A stretch of DNA of 37,527 nucleotides from an uncultured Alphaproteobacteria bacterium (GTDB taxonomy: Bacteria > Pseudomonadota > Alphaproteobacteria > Rs-D84). The DNA lies in the NCBI GenBank assembly GCA_944390835.1, contig CALXQT010000014.1, positions 1-37,527 on the forward strand, in the 5' to 3' direction. Of the stretch, positions 27,068-36,079 are shown one piece after another (positions within the stretch are counted from its first letter, which is position 1; every line of letters starts with the position of its first letter). The position numbers and the translations under genes are program-made. Below the pieces are notes generated by a model. The model was not told where the DNA came from and searched no databases. It was given only the letters and a program-made list of their open reading frames with translations.

Positions 27068-27796
27068 ATGACAGAAAAGTATATTGAAAAGCGTGTTTTG
27101 CAAGCTTATCAGTGTGACAGATATGGTAACGTTCGTCCGTTAATTTTGATGAATGAATTACAGGGGGTTGCAGATACTCATGCTGAGGTTCTGGGGTGTG
27201 GTCGTACATATTTGATAGAACATAATATGGCCTGGGTTGTAACCCATTATCTTGTTGATATAATTGAAATGCCACACGAAGCCGAAGAATTGTCTTTTAT
27301 AACATGGCCATCGGATCAAGACGGTTTGCGCGCTACGCGTGATTTCGAGGTTCGTGGTAGTGATGGGCGTTTAATGGTTCGGGCTACATCTCAGTGGATT
27401 TTAATCGATATGGAAAATCGGCGTCCGTTACGATTAGAAGAGAAATTAGCAACGTGGAATATAATTCCAGAACGGGCATGGGACAGAACTTTTGAAAAAT
27501 TCCCAGACTTTGAAACCAAAAAAACGCATTTATTTAAATGTCGCTTTGATGATATTGATGTAAACCAGCATATAAATAATGCTGTTTATGCAGTTTGGGC
27601 AACGGAAAGCGTTGGTTATGTTTATCGTAATCAACATAAATTGAAACGTATTGAATTGAACTTTAAAAAAGAGATAAACCCAGATACACCGGAGATTTCT
27701 GTAGACGTTACAATTGATGGTTTGATAAGCCGGCATAAAATTAGAACCGGTGATGTTGAACACGCTTATGTGATATGTACTTGGGAAGAGTTATAA
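27068..27796 (+). CDS. Acyl-ACP thioesterase (FatA-like, double hot-dog)
   Basis: WVVT..., ATSQWILID and the catalytic DIDVNQHINNAVY motif. Confidence 0.88.
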   Translation: MTEKYIEKRVLQAYQCDRYGNVRPLILMNELQGVADTHAEVLGCGRTYLIEHNMAWVVTHYLVDIIEMPHEAEELSFITWPSDQDGLRATRDFEVRGSDGRLMVRATSQWILIDMENRRPLRLEEKLATWNIIPERAWDRTFEKFPDFETKKTHLFKCRFDDIDVNQHINNAVYAVWATESVGYVYRNQHKLKRIELNFKKEINPDTPEISVDVTIDGLISRHKIRTGDVEHAYVICTWEEL

Positions 27797-27820
27797 AAAA
27801 ACCGCAATTGCGGTTTTTTA
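27794..27820. terminator. Bidirectional terminator between the thioesterase and rpmH
   Basis: A tract-CCGC-AATT-GCGG-T tract, overlapping both stop codons. Confidence 0.85.
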
Positions 27821-27970
27821 TTTTACTGCTGTTACAGCTAATCTTTTACGACCCGCTGCACGACGACGATTTAAAACTTCGCGTCCGCCTTTGGTCGCCA
27901 TCCGTTCACGAAATCCGTGCGTTTGTACGCGACGAGTTTTAGATGGTTGATATGTACGTTTTGTTGCCAT
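27818..27970 (-). CDS. rpmH: 50S ribosomal protein L34
   Basis: My manual translation is [50 protein letters not shown] (50 aa, below the ORF-track cutoff); SD AAGGA. Confidence 0.97.
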   Translation of the reverse strand: MATKRTYQPSKTRRVQTHGFRERMATKGGREVLNRRRAAGRKRLAVTAVK

Positions 27971-28133
27971 AATAAAATCCTTTTGTGCCCCTATTTAATC
28001 ACAGGTTTTGTAAAAACGCAACATTTTTATTTAGATTTTATTAATCCTAACTTTTTTAAGCCTTCTAAGGTCAGGTAGTATACAAATAGGGCCGTAAAAA
28101 GTTTCCAAAACGGTAAAAACATAATTTATCCTT

Positions 28134-28325
28134 TTATTTTGTATGTTGGCGTGCATTGGTCATAACTTTTTTGCGAAAAGCAATGCAGCTTTCTAATGTT
28201 TTTAAATATATTTGCATCAATTGTGCTTGTGTTCTCATGATATAATTGCCATTGCGGTAATGTTTTATCAGATATCTAAGCTCTTTTTGTGTTTCTTTAA
28301 ACATATTTTTTTGTTCTGGCATCAT
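28134..28325 (-). CDS. Small hypothetical protein (orphan)
   Basis: 63 aa, directly preceded by TTGACA-N16-TACCAT on the minus strand. Confidence 0.55.
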   Translation of the reverse strand: MMPEQKNMFKETQKELRYLIKHYRNGNYIMRTQAQLMQIYLKTLESCIAFRKKVMTNARQHTK

Positions 28326-28442
28326 AGGTCATATGGTATCACAAAAGGATGTTTTGTCAACGCGTTTTTTAGGGTTTATGTCTTGACCAAAAGTTAAAAA
28401 ATTTGCTATTCTTTACTTGTTAAAAATAAGGGATTTTCTAGT

Positions 28443-31193
28443 ATGTCAGAAACAAATAATATCAACGAGATTAATGAGATAAAAATACCGCAGTCTTCTT
28501 TGGAACACGAAATGCGGACAAGTTTTTTGGATTATGCTATGTCGGTCATTGTAGACCGTGCATTGCCGGATGTCCGTGACGGTTGTAAGCCTGTTCATCG
28601 TCGTATTTTGTATGTTATGAATGATGTTGCGCCGGCAAATAAAGCCACAGTAAAATCAGCGCGTATAGTCGGTGATGTTATGGGTAAATATCATCCGCAT
28701 GGGGATAGTTCTATTTACGAGGCTATGGTTCGTATGGGACAAGATTTCTCTATGGGTGAAATGTTGGTCCAGGGGCAAGGTAACTTTGGGTCTCGTGACG
28801 GTGATAAGGCGGCGGCTATGCGTTATACCGAGGCACGCCTTTCTAAACTTGGGGCGTCCATGATGGACGATATGGAAAAGGATACTGTAGATTGGCAGCC
28901 GAATTTTGACGGTACTTTGCAAGAACCTGTTGTTTTACCAACTAAATTTCCTAACTTTTTGGTTAATGGCGGTTCGGGTATCGCGGTTGGTATGGCAACC
29001 AATGTCCCGACATATAATTTAGGTGAAATTTGTAACGGTATTTTAGCAATATTAAACAATCCGCAACTTACAGATGATGAACTGTTTGAAATTATTCCTG
29101 GACCAGATTTTCCAACGGGGGCCATTGTAATGGGGCGTGCCGGTGCATATAAGGCGCATACTACGGGACGTGGTTCAATCATTGTGCGGGCTAAAACGCA
29201 TATGGAGACATTCCACGATCATCAGGCCATTGTGGTTGATGAAATACCTTATCAGGTGAATAAGTCTCAATTAATTATGAAAATTGCAGAGTTAAGCAAA
29301 GAGAAACGTATAGAGGGTATTTCTGAAATTCGAGACGAGTCTTCTAAAGAGGGCTTGCGTATAGTCATTGAATTAAAACGTGACGCTATAGCAGATGTTG
29401 TATTGAACCATATGTTTCAATATACAGAAATGCAGACGAATTTTCCTGTAAATATGATGGCGTTGAATCGTGGGCGTCCGATGTTGTTTAACGTTCGTGG
29501 GGTCTTAGACGCGTTTATAGACTTTAGGTGTGAAGTTATTCGCCGCCGTACGATATTCGATTTGAATAAGGCGCGTAATCGTGCGCATACTTTGCTTGGG
29601 TTGTCTGTTGCTGTTGGAAACTTGGACGAAGTAATTGAATTGATTAAATCTAGTGCTAATCCAGATGCAGCGCGTGAAGCCTTGGTATCTCGCGGTTGGC
29701 GTGCGTCGGATATCGAAAACTATATTCAGTTGATTGATGATCCAAATACGGAATATAAGGATGGCATGTTTTACATGTCCGAAGATCAAGCACGTGCAAT
29801 TTTGGAACTGCAGTTACATCGTTTAACCGGATTGGAACGTGATAAGTTACATGAAGATTTAGTAGAATTAGGTGCCCAGATAAAAGATTTGTTAGATATA
29901 TTGGGCAGTCATGAGCGGATAATTCAAATTATTCGTGATGAAACGGCCATGGTGCGTGATAATTGGGCCAGCCCACGTCGTACAGAAATTTCTGACGCAG
30001 AAATAGATATCGATATAGAAGATTTAATCGCGCGTGAAGATATGGTTGTTACAGTTTCTAATACCGGTTATATAAAGCGTGTATCATTGGATACATACCG
30101 CGCTCAGAAACGTGGGGGTAAAGGCCGTAATGCGATGACAACAAAGGATGATGACTATGTTGTGCAGGTGTTTGTAGCAAATACTCATACGCCATTATTG
30201 TTCTTTAGTTCCAAAGGTCTGTGTTATAAACTTAAAACTTACAAGTTACCAGAAGCTGCAGCGGCGGCCAAAGGGCGTCCGCTTGTAAATTTGCTGCCGT
30301 TGGAAAACGGTGAAACAATAACAGCGATACTGCCGGTGCCGGAAGAAGATGTTGAACGTGTGCGTGCATCTGGTAAAGAGCATTTCTTAATGTTTGCTAC
30401 AGCATCTGGTACCGTTCGTCGCAATCGTATGTCCGACTTTGATTCTATTCGTGCAAACGGAAAGATTGCTATGAAGTTGGACGAAGGTGATTCTTTAATT
30501 TCTGTATTACCATGTAATGAGGATCAAGATGTTTTCTTGGCGACTTATCGCGGTCGCTGTATTCGTTTCCCGGTTCCGGAAATTCGTGTTTTTGCGGGAC
30601 GTAACTCAACAGGTGTGCGTGGAATGACTCTTGGCAAGGACGATCGCATTATCGGAATGGCTATGTTAAATCATGGAGAATCTGATGCGGCAGTTCGTGC
30701 GGCGTATATAAAACAAAGTCGTGCAGCACGTCGTGCAGAAACGGGTATAGAAGAAGAATCTGACGGTGAAGAAGAGGCAACATCTTTGGTATTAGATGAT
30801 GCAAAAATGCAGGAGTTGGCGGCAAGCGAAGAGTTTATCTTAACCATATCTGAAAACGGTTTCGGTAAACGCACAAGTTCTTATGAATACCGTACGACTC
30901 ATCGTGGTGGTGGTGGATTCACAAACATTAAACTTGGTGGAAAGAATACCGCTGTTGCTGGATCGTTCCCTGTTGAAGACAATAATGATATCATTATGGT
31001 AACAGATGGCGGTAAAATAATTCGTACGCCTGTAAAAGACGTTCGTATTGCGGGACGTGCTACGTCTGGGGTTACTTTGTTCCGTACCGCTGAAAATGAA
31101 AGAGTTGTATCTGCTATTTCCATTTTAAGTGATGAAGGGGAAGAAGCAGAAGTGGATGCCGATGTCGCCGAACAAGAGACAACAGGAAACTAA
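28443..31193 (+). CDS. gyrA: DNA gyrase subunit A
   Basis: [26 protein letters not shown], catalytic AAMRYTE, GyrA-box QKRGGKG, beta-pinwheel repeats and an acidic tail. Confidence 0.98.
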   Translation: MSETNNINEINEIKIPQSSLEHEMRTSFLDYAMSVIVDRALPDVRDGCKPVHRRILYVMNDVAPANKATVKSARIVGDVMGKYHPHGDSSIYEAMVRMGQDFSMGEMLVQGQGNFGSRDGDKAAAMRYTEARLSKLGASMMDDMEKDTVDWQPNFDGTLQEPVVLPTKFPNFLVNGGSGIAVGMATNVPTYNLGEICNGILAILNNPQLTDDELFEIIPGPDFPTGAIVMGRAGAYKAHTTGRGSIIVRAKTHMETFHDHQAIVVDEIPYQVNKSQLIMKIAELSKEKRIEGISEIRDESSKEGLRIVIELKRDAIADVVLNHMFQYTEMQTNFPVNMMALNRGRPMLFNVRGVLDAFIDFRCEVIRRRTIFDLNKARNRAHTLLGLSVAVGNLDEVIELIKSSANPDAAREALVSRGWRASDIENYIQLIDDPNTEYKDGMFYMSEDQARAILELQLHRLTGLERDKLHEDLVELGAQIKDLLDILGSHERIIQIIRDETAMVRDNWASPRRTEISDAEIDIDIEDLIAREDMVVTVSNTGYIKRVSLDTYRAQKRGGKGRNAMTTKDDDYVVQVFVANTHTPLLFFSSKGLCYKLKTYKLPEAAAAAKGRPLVNLLPLENGETITAILPVPEEDVERVRASGKEHFLMFATASGTVRRNRMSDFDSIRANGKIAMKLDEGDSLISVLPCNEDQDVFLATYRGRCIRFPVPEIRVFAGRNSTGVRGMTLGKDDRIIGMAMLNHGESDAAVRAAYIKQSRAARRAETGIEEESDGEEEATSLVLDDAKMQELAASEEFILTISENGFGKRTSSYEYRTTHRGGGGFTNIKLGGKNTAVAGSFPVEDNNDIIMVTDGGKIIRTPVKDVRIAGRATSGVTLFRTAENERVVSAISILSDEGEEAEVDADVAEQETTGN

Positions 31194-31207
31194 AAAAGGA
31201 AGCCGAT

Positions 31208-31594
31208 ATGGATAACGAATATTTTGCGTCTATAAACGAAGTATCAAAACGTTTGTCCGTACCGGCGCATACTTTGCGTTATTGGGAAAAGCAATTTCCT
31301 GTTGCAATTCGACCGACGACTGGCGCAGGAGGACGGCGTTACTATCGCGCAGAAACTGTTGACCGGTTGGTTGTAATTCGTGATTTGCTGTATAAACACG
31401 GATTAACAATTGCCGGTGTAAAAAAGTTACTGCGTGACGGTAATTTGCCGGCGTCCGCAGATGAGTTCACTGGCGTCGCTGGTGGTACAACAATTAATCA
31501 TGAAATACAAGGCTCAACAAACATTGATTCAAAACAGATTGATTTGGCTATAAGTATTTTGGAACAGGCGAAAGGTTTGATTAATAATAATTAA
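31208..31594 (+). CDS. MerR-family HTH transcriptional regulator
   Basis: SINEVS..L.VPAHTLRYWEKQF, GGRRYY, LLYKHGLTIAGVKK. Confidence 0.88.
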   Translation: MDNEYFASINEVSKRLSVPAHTLRYWEKQFPVAIRPTTGAGGRRYYRAETVDRLVVIRDLLYKHGLTIAGVKKLLRDGNLPASADEFTGVAGGTTINHEIQGSTNIDSKQIDLAISILEQAKGLINNN

Positions 31595-31600
31595 AAATAT

Positions 31601-31628
31601 AAAAAACGCCCAAAAAAAGGCGCTTTTT
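31601..31628. terminator. Probable bidirectional terminator
   Basis: A tract, CGCC...GGCG stem and T tract between convergent genes. Confidence 0.55.
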
Positions 31629-32229
31629 ATTTACTATTTTGTTGTTGTTTTTGTTGCAACAACATTAAACGTTTTTCACGAAGTTTGATAATTTTTTTGT
31701 TTCTATCTATACGTATTTGTAGCCAATTTTCACGTAATCTTTGACTTATAGGAATTTGCAATATGGCTTCACGTAAAGCACTATCTTGCTGTAGTTCGTA
31801 AAGACGTGAATACTTCTCTGATATCATGTTATCTGCGGCAAACATTTCTGGTTTATTACTTATGTATTCACCACGTAAATATTCACCCAAAGAATCAAGT
31901 TTTGATTCTAATTTTAAGTACTCTGTACTGTTATATGAATCGTAACCTTGATCAGACAGTTTGTTTAGTTTTTTCGATAAATTTTTGTACTGGGGATCCG
32001 TATATAAAGTATCCATGCTTCTTTGCGCCAGACTGTCGCGAGTATATATATAATCACATTCAGCATGGTAAATTCTTTGACGTTGTTTGTACAGTTCTTC
32101 TGATGGGTCCTTTGGTACTTTATAATTTAACACTGGTAAAACACAGCATAAGGCCGGTATCGAAATACCCACGACTATTTTCATGGCGGCATTACCGATA
32201 TTAGCTATCTTTGTTTTATTAAATTGCAT
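31627..32229 (-). CDS. Hypothetical protein with an N-terminal hydrophobic anchor, a helical body and a Gln-rich tail
   Basis: 200-aa ORF with an upstream TTGACA-N16-TATAGT promoter and SD-like AAGGGG. Confidence 0.7.
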   Translation of the reverse strand: MQFNKTKIANIGNAAMKIVVGISIPALCCVLPVLNYKVPKDPSEELYKQRQRIYHAECDYIYTRDSLAQRSMDTLYTDPQYKNLSKKLNKLSDQGYDSYNSTEYLKLESKLDSLGEYLRGEYISNKPEMFAADNMISEKYSRLYELQQDSALREAILQIPISQRLRENWLQIRIDRNKKIIKLREKRLMLLQQKQQQNSK

Positions 32230-32308
32230 ATCAAAACCCCTTGGTTATAAATACACTATAGTACAAAATTATATATTGTCAACTATTGTGTTGTCTGGGG
32301 AATTTTTT

Positions 32309-32384
32309 TGGCAGTCCCAACGGAAATCGAACCCGTGTTTTCAGAATGAGAATCTGACGTCCTAGACCGCTAGACGATGGGACC
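32309..32384 (-). tRNA. tRNA-Glu (anticodon CTC)
   Basis: The reverse complement folds as a cloverleaf: acceptor GGTCCCA/TGGGACT, anticodon arm TCAGA-TTCTCAT-TCTGA, T loop TTCGATT, encoded CCA. Confidence 0.95.
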
Positions 32385-32484
32385 AAACAGCCGTATTTTA
32401 CAGGTTGATTTATAAAATATCAATGTTTTTATTGCAAAAAAACAAAAGGTATTATAAATTTTTTAATCGTATGGGGAATATGAT

Positions 32485-33342
32485 ATGAAATATAAACCAA
32501 ACTTAAATTTGTTAGATGATTTTTCAGACATAAAACAGCATGTCAATTACCCAATGGTCGCAGTATTTGAATTTGCAGGAAAAAAATTAATATATGTCGG
32601 GACTAAGCATAATTCACAGGCGAATAGAGTACCAAAATCATTTGATGCGATAAATTATTGTTTTGATAATTTTGATATTGATTTTATCGTTACAGAATGT
32701 GCTCATACTCATAAATTAAAAGATTATGAATCTTTGTTATATCAGCCTGGTATGAACGAATTAATATATGCACCTTTAATAGGAAAGCAAAATAATATAA
32801 GTTATAAATTTATTGATGCTGATGAAAAAGATTGGTTTGCAGACGTGGTAAGTATTGACGAAAAATATATAAAAATAATGCAGGTATTTTTTGTCCTAAA
32901 CGATGCATATAAATATAAACAAATATTTACTGAAAACTTTTCTATACAGCGTTCAATTGATAATGTCGTGTATAAGTTTTGGAAAGATGGCTATCCTGCG
33001 CCGATGAATCAGGCTAAATTTCAAGCATTCTTTAGAAAAAATTTTGGTTTCAATGTAACTGACGATAATCTTAGCGATCTTTTAAAAGATAACCCTGAAT
33101 GGAACGCTCCAGATAAAAACGGAAATATTATTAATAAAGCATGGTCGTATATAAATATGTATTCTCGAGATAAGAAAATGGTTTGTGAGATTTTTAATGC
33201 CATGAATAAATATAAGTGTGTTATGGCTACAATAGGGGCGGGCCATTTTGACAATCAAAGGCGTGTTTTAGAAAGTTCTTTTGGTAAACCATTGTTGCTA
33301 TATAAATTTCCAAAAAGTTCTAGACGGGATAAGATTAAGTAA
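32485..33342 (+). CDS. Hypothetical protein, probably TraB/GumN/Tiki (EreA-ChaN-like) superfamily
   Basis: Ordered motifs LIYVGTKH, IVTE, SRDKKM and ATIGAGH match the family G-x2-H, E, R-[DN] and G-x2-H pattern; very AT-rich. Confidence 0.55.
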   Translation: MKYKPNLNLLDDFSDIKQHVNYPMVAVFEFAGKKLIYVGTKHNSQANRVPKSFDAINYCFDNFDIDFIVTECAHTHKLKDYESLLYQPGMNELIYAPLIGKQNNISYKFIDADEKDWFADVVSIDEKYIKIMQVFFVLNDAYKYKQIFTENFSIQRSIDNVVYKFWKDGYPAPMNQAKFQAFFRKNFGFNVTDDNLSDLLKDNPEWNAPDKNGNIINKAWSYINMYSRDKKMVCEIFNAMNKYKCVMATIGAGHFDNQRRVLESSFGKPLLLYKFPKSSRRDKIK

Positions 33343-33440
33343 AAGATTAAACATGTGTTTTCCTTACGATATGGTGGATAAATATCGTTGCAGAAAACAA
33401 TCTGTTGTGATATCCTTCTAAATAAATAAAAGAGGTAAAA

Positions 33441-33863
33441 ATGAAAAAAATATTATTTGTTACATTGTTGTGCTCGCCGTTAATTGCATGTTCTAGTAAC
33501 GATAAAGACGCTCAGCAATGTATTGATAAAATAGTTGAACTTACAAGTGTTTCTAGAATTTGCGATCAACCAGTTGGTGATAATGGTGTAGATTTTGTTG
33601 TAGATGGAAAAACGCAACATTATACCAAACAAGAAGCAGAAGAAAAGGGGATTTTTGCTTGTTCAGAGCCCGCAAAATATGCAGTTGTTGTCAGAGATTA
33701 TGGTATGCTTTCGCAAGAAGATGCATTAGCAATATCTGAAAATTGGAATTACGATGATATAAAACTTTATAATAATGAAGATAATGTAATACAAGAGTAT
33801 GAAAAAGATGCATGCGAGGTTTTAGATCGATTGAATAAATTTATTTCAGAAAATAAAAAATAA
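33441..33863 (+). CDS. Hypothetical lipoprotein
   Basis: Signal with lipobox LIAC; SD GAGG; four further Cys. Confidence 0.75.
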   Translation: MKKILFVTLLCSPLIACSSNDKDAQQCIDKIVELTSVSRICDQPVGDNGVDFVVDGKTQHYTKQEAEEKGIFACSEPAKYAVVVRDYGMLSQEDALAISENWNYDDIKLYNNEDNVIQEYEKDACEVLDRLNKFISENKK

Positions 33864-33879
33864 ATTTTATTTACTTTAT

Positions 33880-33910
33880 TAAAAAACTCGCCAAAATGAC
33901 GAGTTTTTTA
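33880..33910 (+). terminator. Intrinsic terminator
   Basis: TAAAAAACTCG...CGAGTTTTTTA inverted repeat. Confidence 0.75.
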
Positions 33911-34031
33911 TTTTGAGTATTTATCTGGAATGAGAATATCCTGCAAGTAAATGTGTAGTTATCTTAATATGTTTTCTCTTGTCTTAATATATAAATTTTA
34001 GAACCAAGCAATATCATTATCAGTACTTAGC

Positions 34032-34059
34032 AAAATAAAACCGCCACAAAGGGCGGTTT
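34032..34059 (-). terminator. Terminator downstream of tRNA-Gln
   Basis: Minus strand AAACCGCC...GGCGGTTTTATTTT. Confidence 0.8.
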
Positions 34060-34065
34060 AATTTT

Positions 34066-34139
34066 TGGTTGGGGCGCACGGATTCGAACCATGATAAAGA
34101 GAACCAAAATCTCTTGTCCTACCATTAGACGACACCCCA
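34066..34139 (-). tRNA. tRNA-Gln (anticodon TTG)
   Basis: Cloverleaf: acceptor TGGGGTG/CGCCCCA, anticodon arm AGAGA-TTTTGGT-TCTCT, GGTTCGAATCC, encoded CCA. Confidence 0.95.
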
Positions 34140-34231
34140 AAAGTCTTTACGAATTATATATATCTTTTGCTGTTTTGCAATAACATTTTTCATTTTTTAC
34201 ATCGGCGTTCAAAAAAATATGTATTTTACCC

Positions 34232-34275
34232 TTGATTTTAATTTATTAAAACTTATAATTATTAAAATTTTTAAT
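34232..34275 (+). promoter_or_regulatory. Promoter and candidate MarR operator palindromes
   Basis: TTGATT-N16-TATAAT overlapped by TTTTAAT-N2-ATTAAAA (34236-34251) and followed by ATTAAAA-T-TTTTAAT (34261-34275). The region is AT-rich, so chance is possible. Confidence 0.4.
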
Positions 34276-34309
34276 GATTTTGTACTTTTAATCTAAAAAA
34301 GAGGTTAAA

Positions 34310-34759
34310 ATGTCTAGAAGAGAATTTATAAACTTATTGGAATCAAATATATTTATATTAGATAGGTTGTCTGGCAGATTAAAAAAAGATCCTAATCTTT
34401 TATCTGGCTATCCTCGTCAGCAGTTAAGTATTCTTGTACGTTTACATATTGGAGGTCCCGCAAAACTTAAAGATATTGCACACCGTGAAATGGTGACGAC
34501 CCCTAATTTATGCGCCGCATTTAGAAAGTTAGAACGAGATGGGTTGGTTTCTCGTAGAATTGACGAAAAAGACAGGCGTAATACTTGGTATTCTGTAACG
34601 CGTACTGGTGAAAAAATTGCTTTACAGGCAATTGAAACTATGCGTGGAATGATAGATAAGCTTTTTTCTACGCTATCTCGTACAGATGAAGATGCTTTGA
34701 CTAAATCGTTAAAAACGATAAATCAAATTTTAACAAAAATGGAGTTAGCAAATGCGTAA
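34310..34759 (+). CDS. MarR-family transcriptional regulator
   Basis: Winged-helix pattern LERDGLVSRRIDEKDRR...VTRTG; first gene of the efflux operon. Confidence 0.9.
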   Translation: MSRREFINLLESNIFILDRLSGRLKKDPNLLSGYPRQQLSILVRLHIGGPAKLKDIAHREMVTTPNLCAAFRKLERDGLVSRRIDEKDRRNTWYSVTRTGEKIALQAIETMRGMIDKLFSTLSRTDEDALTKSLKTINQILTKMELANA

Positions 34760-36077
34760 GATTGGTTTTGGCGCATGTGTTTTATGTGTTGCGTTATCTA
34801 TAAATAACGTTTATGCAATGGATTTATCTTTGGACAATGCGGTTGATATGATTTTGTCTGAATCGCAAGACTTAAAGAAAGCGCAGGCGAATGTAAAAAA
34901 AGCGGCGGCGTCTTTAGATGCTGTTAATGCTAATCGTTGGTTCAACGTAGAAGGATCTATTTCATATATGAATTTGTTGGATATAAAAAATCCTACTAAA
35001 TCATATACAATTGACTTATCTCCAGAAATCGCTGGGTTAGTTGCAAGTTTTACGGGAGAAATGTCAGATTCTTATGAGATACCAGATAATATTGTTTTAG
35101 CCGGTGTGACGGTTACGCAACCTATATATACATTTGGGAAAATAGGTAACGCTGTTAAAGGTGTAAAATCTGCCATTAAAATGGCCGAGGCTGGTCAAGA
35201 AGTAACCCGTCGCGAAGTTCGATATAGTGCAGCTGATATATACTGGACCGCAAAAATGACGGATAAAATCGTAGAAATTTCAAAACAAGATTTAAATTCT
35301 GCACGTGCTGCGCGTAAGAGCTTAACATCTGCTGGACGGGCCAACCGTAGTAATTTAGTTAAAATTGAATCAGATATAGCGACCAAAGAAATAAATTTGT
35401 CTAATGCGGAGTTTAATCGTGATACAGCGCATAGAATGTTAAAAATATTGGCAGGAATTGATATTAACGAAGAGTTAAATTTAACTGATGAATTCCCTGA
35501 AAGTTTTCCAGATTTGAATGCAGGCCCTTTAAAAACAACTCCGCAATGGGATGTGTTAAATGAACAGGTTCAAATGTATGAACGTAATGCTAAATCAAAG
35601 CGCGCAGGTGCTTTACCGACATTAGCTGCCACAGCGTCATATAATTATATCGCCTTTGATAAAGATTTTGATAATATGTTTAACCGTAATAATACGCAAT
35701 CAGCCTATTGGGGATTAGCATTACAGATTCCTATCTTTAGCGGTGGTGTGAATATGGCAAATGCAACAGTTGAAGCAATGAATGCTGAAGCCGCGCGCCA
35801 AGATTTAGATAAGGCGAAAAAAATGACCACAGAAGAATATACTCGTGCAATTGATCAATATAATCATTTACGTGGTAATTTAGAAACTTTAAAAAATGCT
35901 CGTGATTTGGCGGCAAAAGCGTATGCCTTTTCTAGTGATCGTTTTGCTGCTGGCCAAACGTCGGCTATAGAATTATCAGAAGTATCTGCAGGGTTGTATC
36001 AATTGGATATGGCTTTGTTAAGCGCAAAATACAATATTTTAATGTCAGCAGAATCTATAAGAAAATTAGGTGAATAG
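34752..36077 (+). CDS. TolC-family outer-membrane efflux protein
   Basis: Signal peptide, LSLDNAV, two OEP-like repeats (QPIYTFG; LPTL...QIPIFSGG) and RFAAGQTSAIEL. Confidence 0.88.
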   Translation: MRKIGFGACVLCVALSINNVYAMDLSLDNAVDMILSESQDLKKAQANVKKAAASLDAVNANRWFNVEGSISYMNLLDIKNPTKSYTIDLSPEIAGLVASFTGEMSDSYEIPDNIVLAGVTVTQPIYTFGKIGNAVKGVKSAIKMAEAGQEVTRREVRYSAADIYWTAKMTDKIVEISKQDLNSARAARKSLTSAGRANRSNLVKIESDIATKEINLSNAEFNRDTAHRMLKILAGIDINEELNLTDEFPESFPDLNAGPLKTTPQWDVLNEQVQMYERNAKSKRAGALPTLAATASYNYIAFDKDFDNMFNRNNTQSAYWGLALQIPIFSGGVNMANATVEAMNAEAARQDLDKAKKMTTEEYTRAIDQYNHLRGNLETLKNARDLAAKAYAFSSDRFAAGQTSAIELSEVSAGLYQLDMALLSAKYNILMSAESIRKLGE

Positions 36078-36079
36078 AA

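Noticed and set aside
27977-28350. 11-bp inverted repeat ATCCTTTTGTG / CACAAAAGGAT bracketing the small orphan (MITE-like?)
   Set aside because: One copy is the rpmH SD region and the other a promoter spacer. There is no target-site duplication or transposase, so it is likely chance.
27971-28442. Possible replication origin near rpmH/gyrA
   Set aside because: I saw no TTATCCACA-type DnaA box cluster and no dnaA/dnaN, and a small ORF with its own promoter occupies the gap.
28690-28725. Quinolone-resistance substitution in the GyrA QRDR
   Set aside because: [10 protein letters not shown] retains Ser at the 83-equivalent position and an acidic residue at the 87-equivalent.
32344-33937. 10-bp direct repeat GAATGAGAAT in the tRNA-Glu anticodon loop and at 33928, as a possible att site
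   Set aside because: It is short and AT-rich, lies on the 5' side of the tRNA, and no integrase is present.
33911-34031. Possible gene remnant or sRNA between two terminators
   Set aside because: Only very short reading frames are present, with no convincing structure or promoter.
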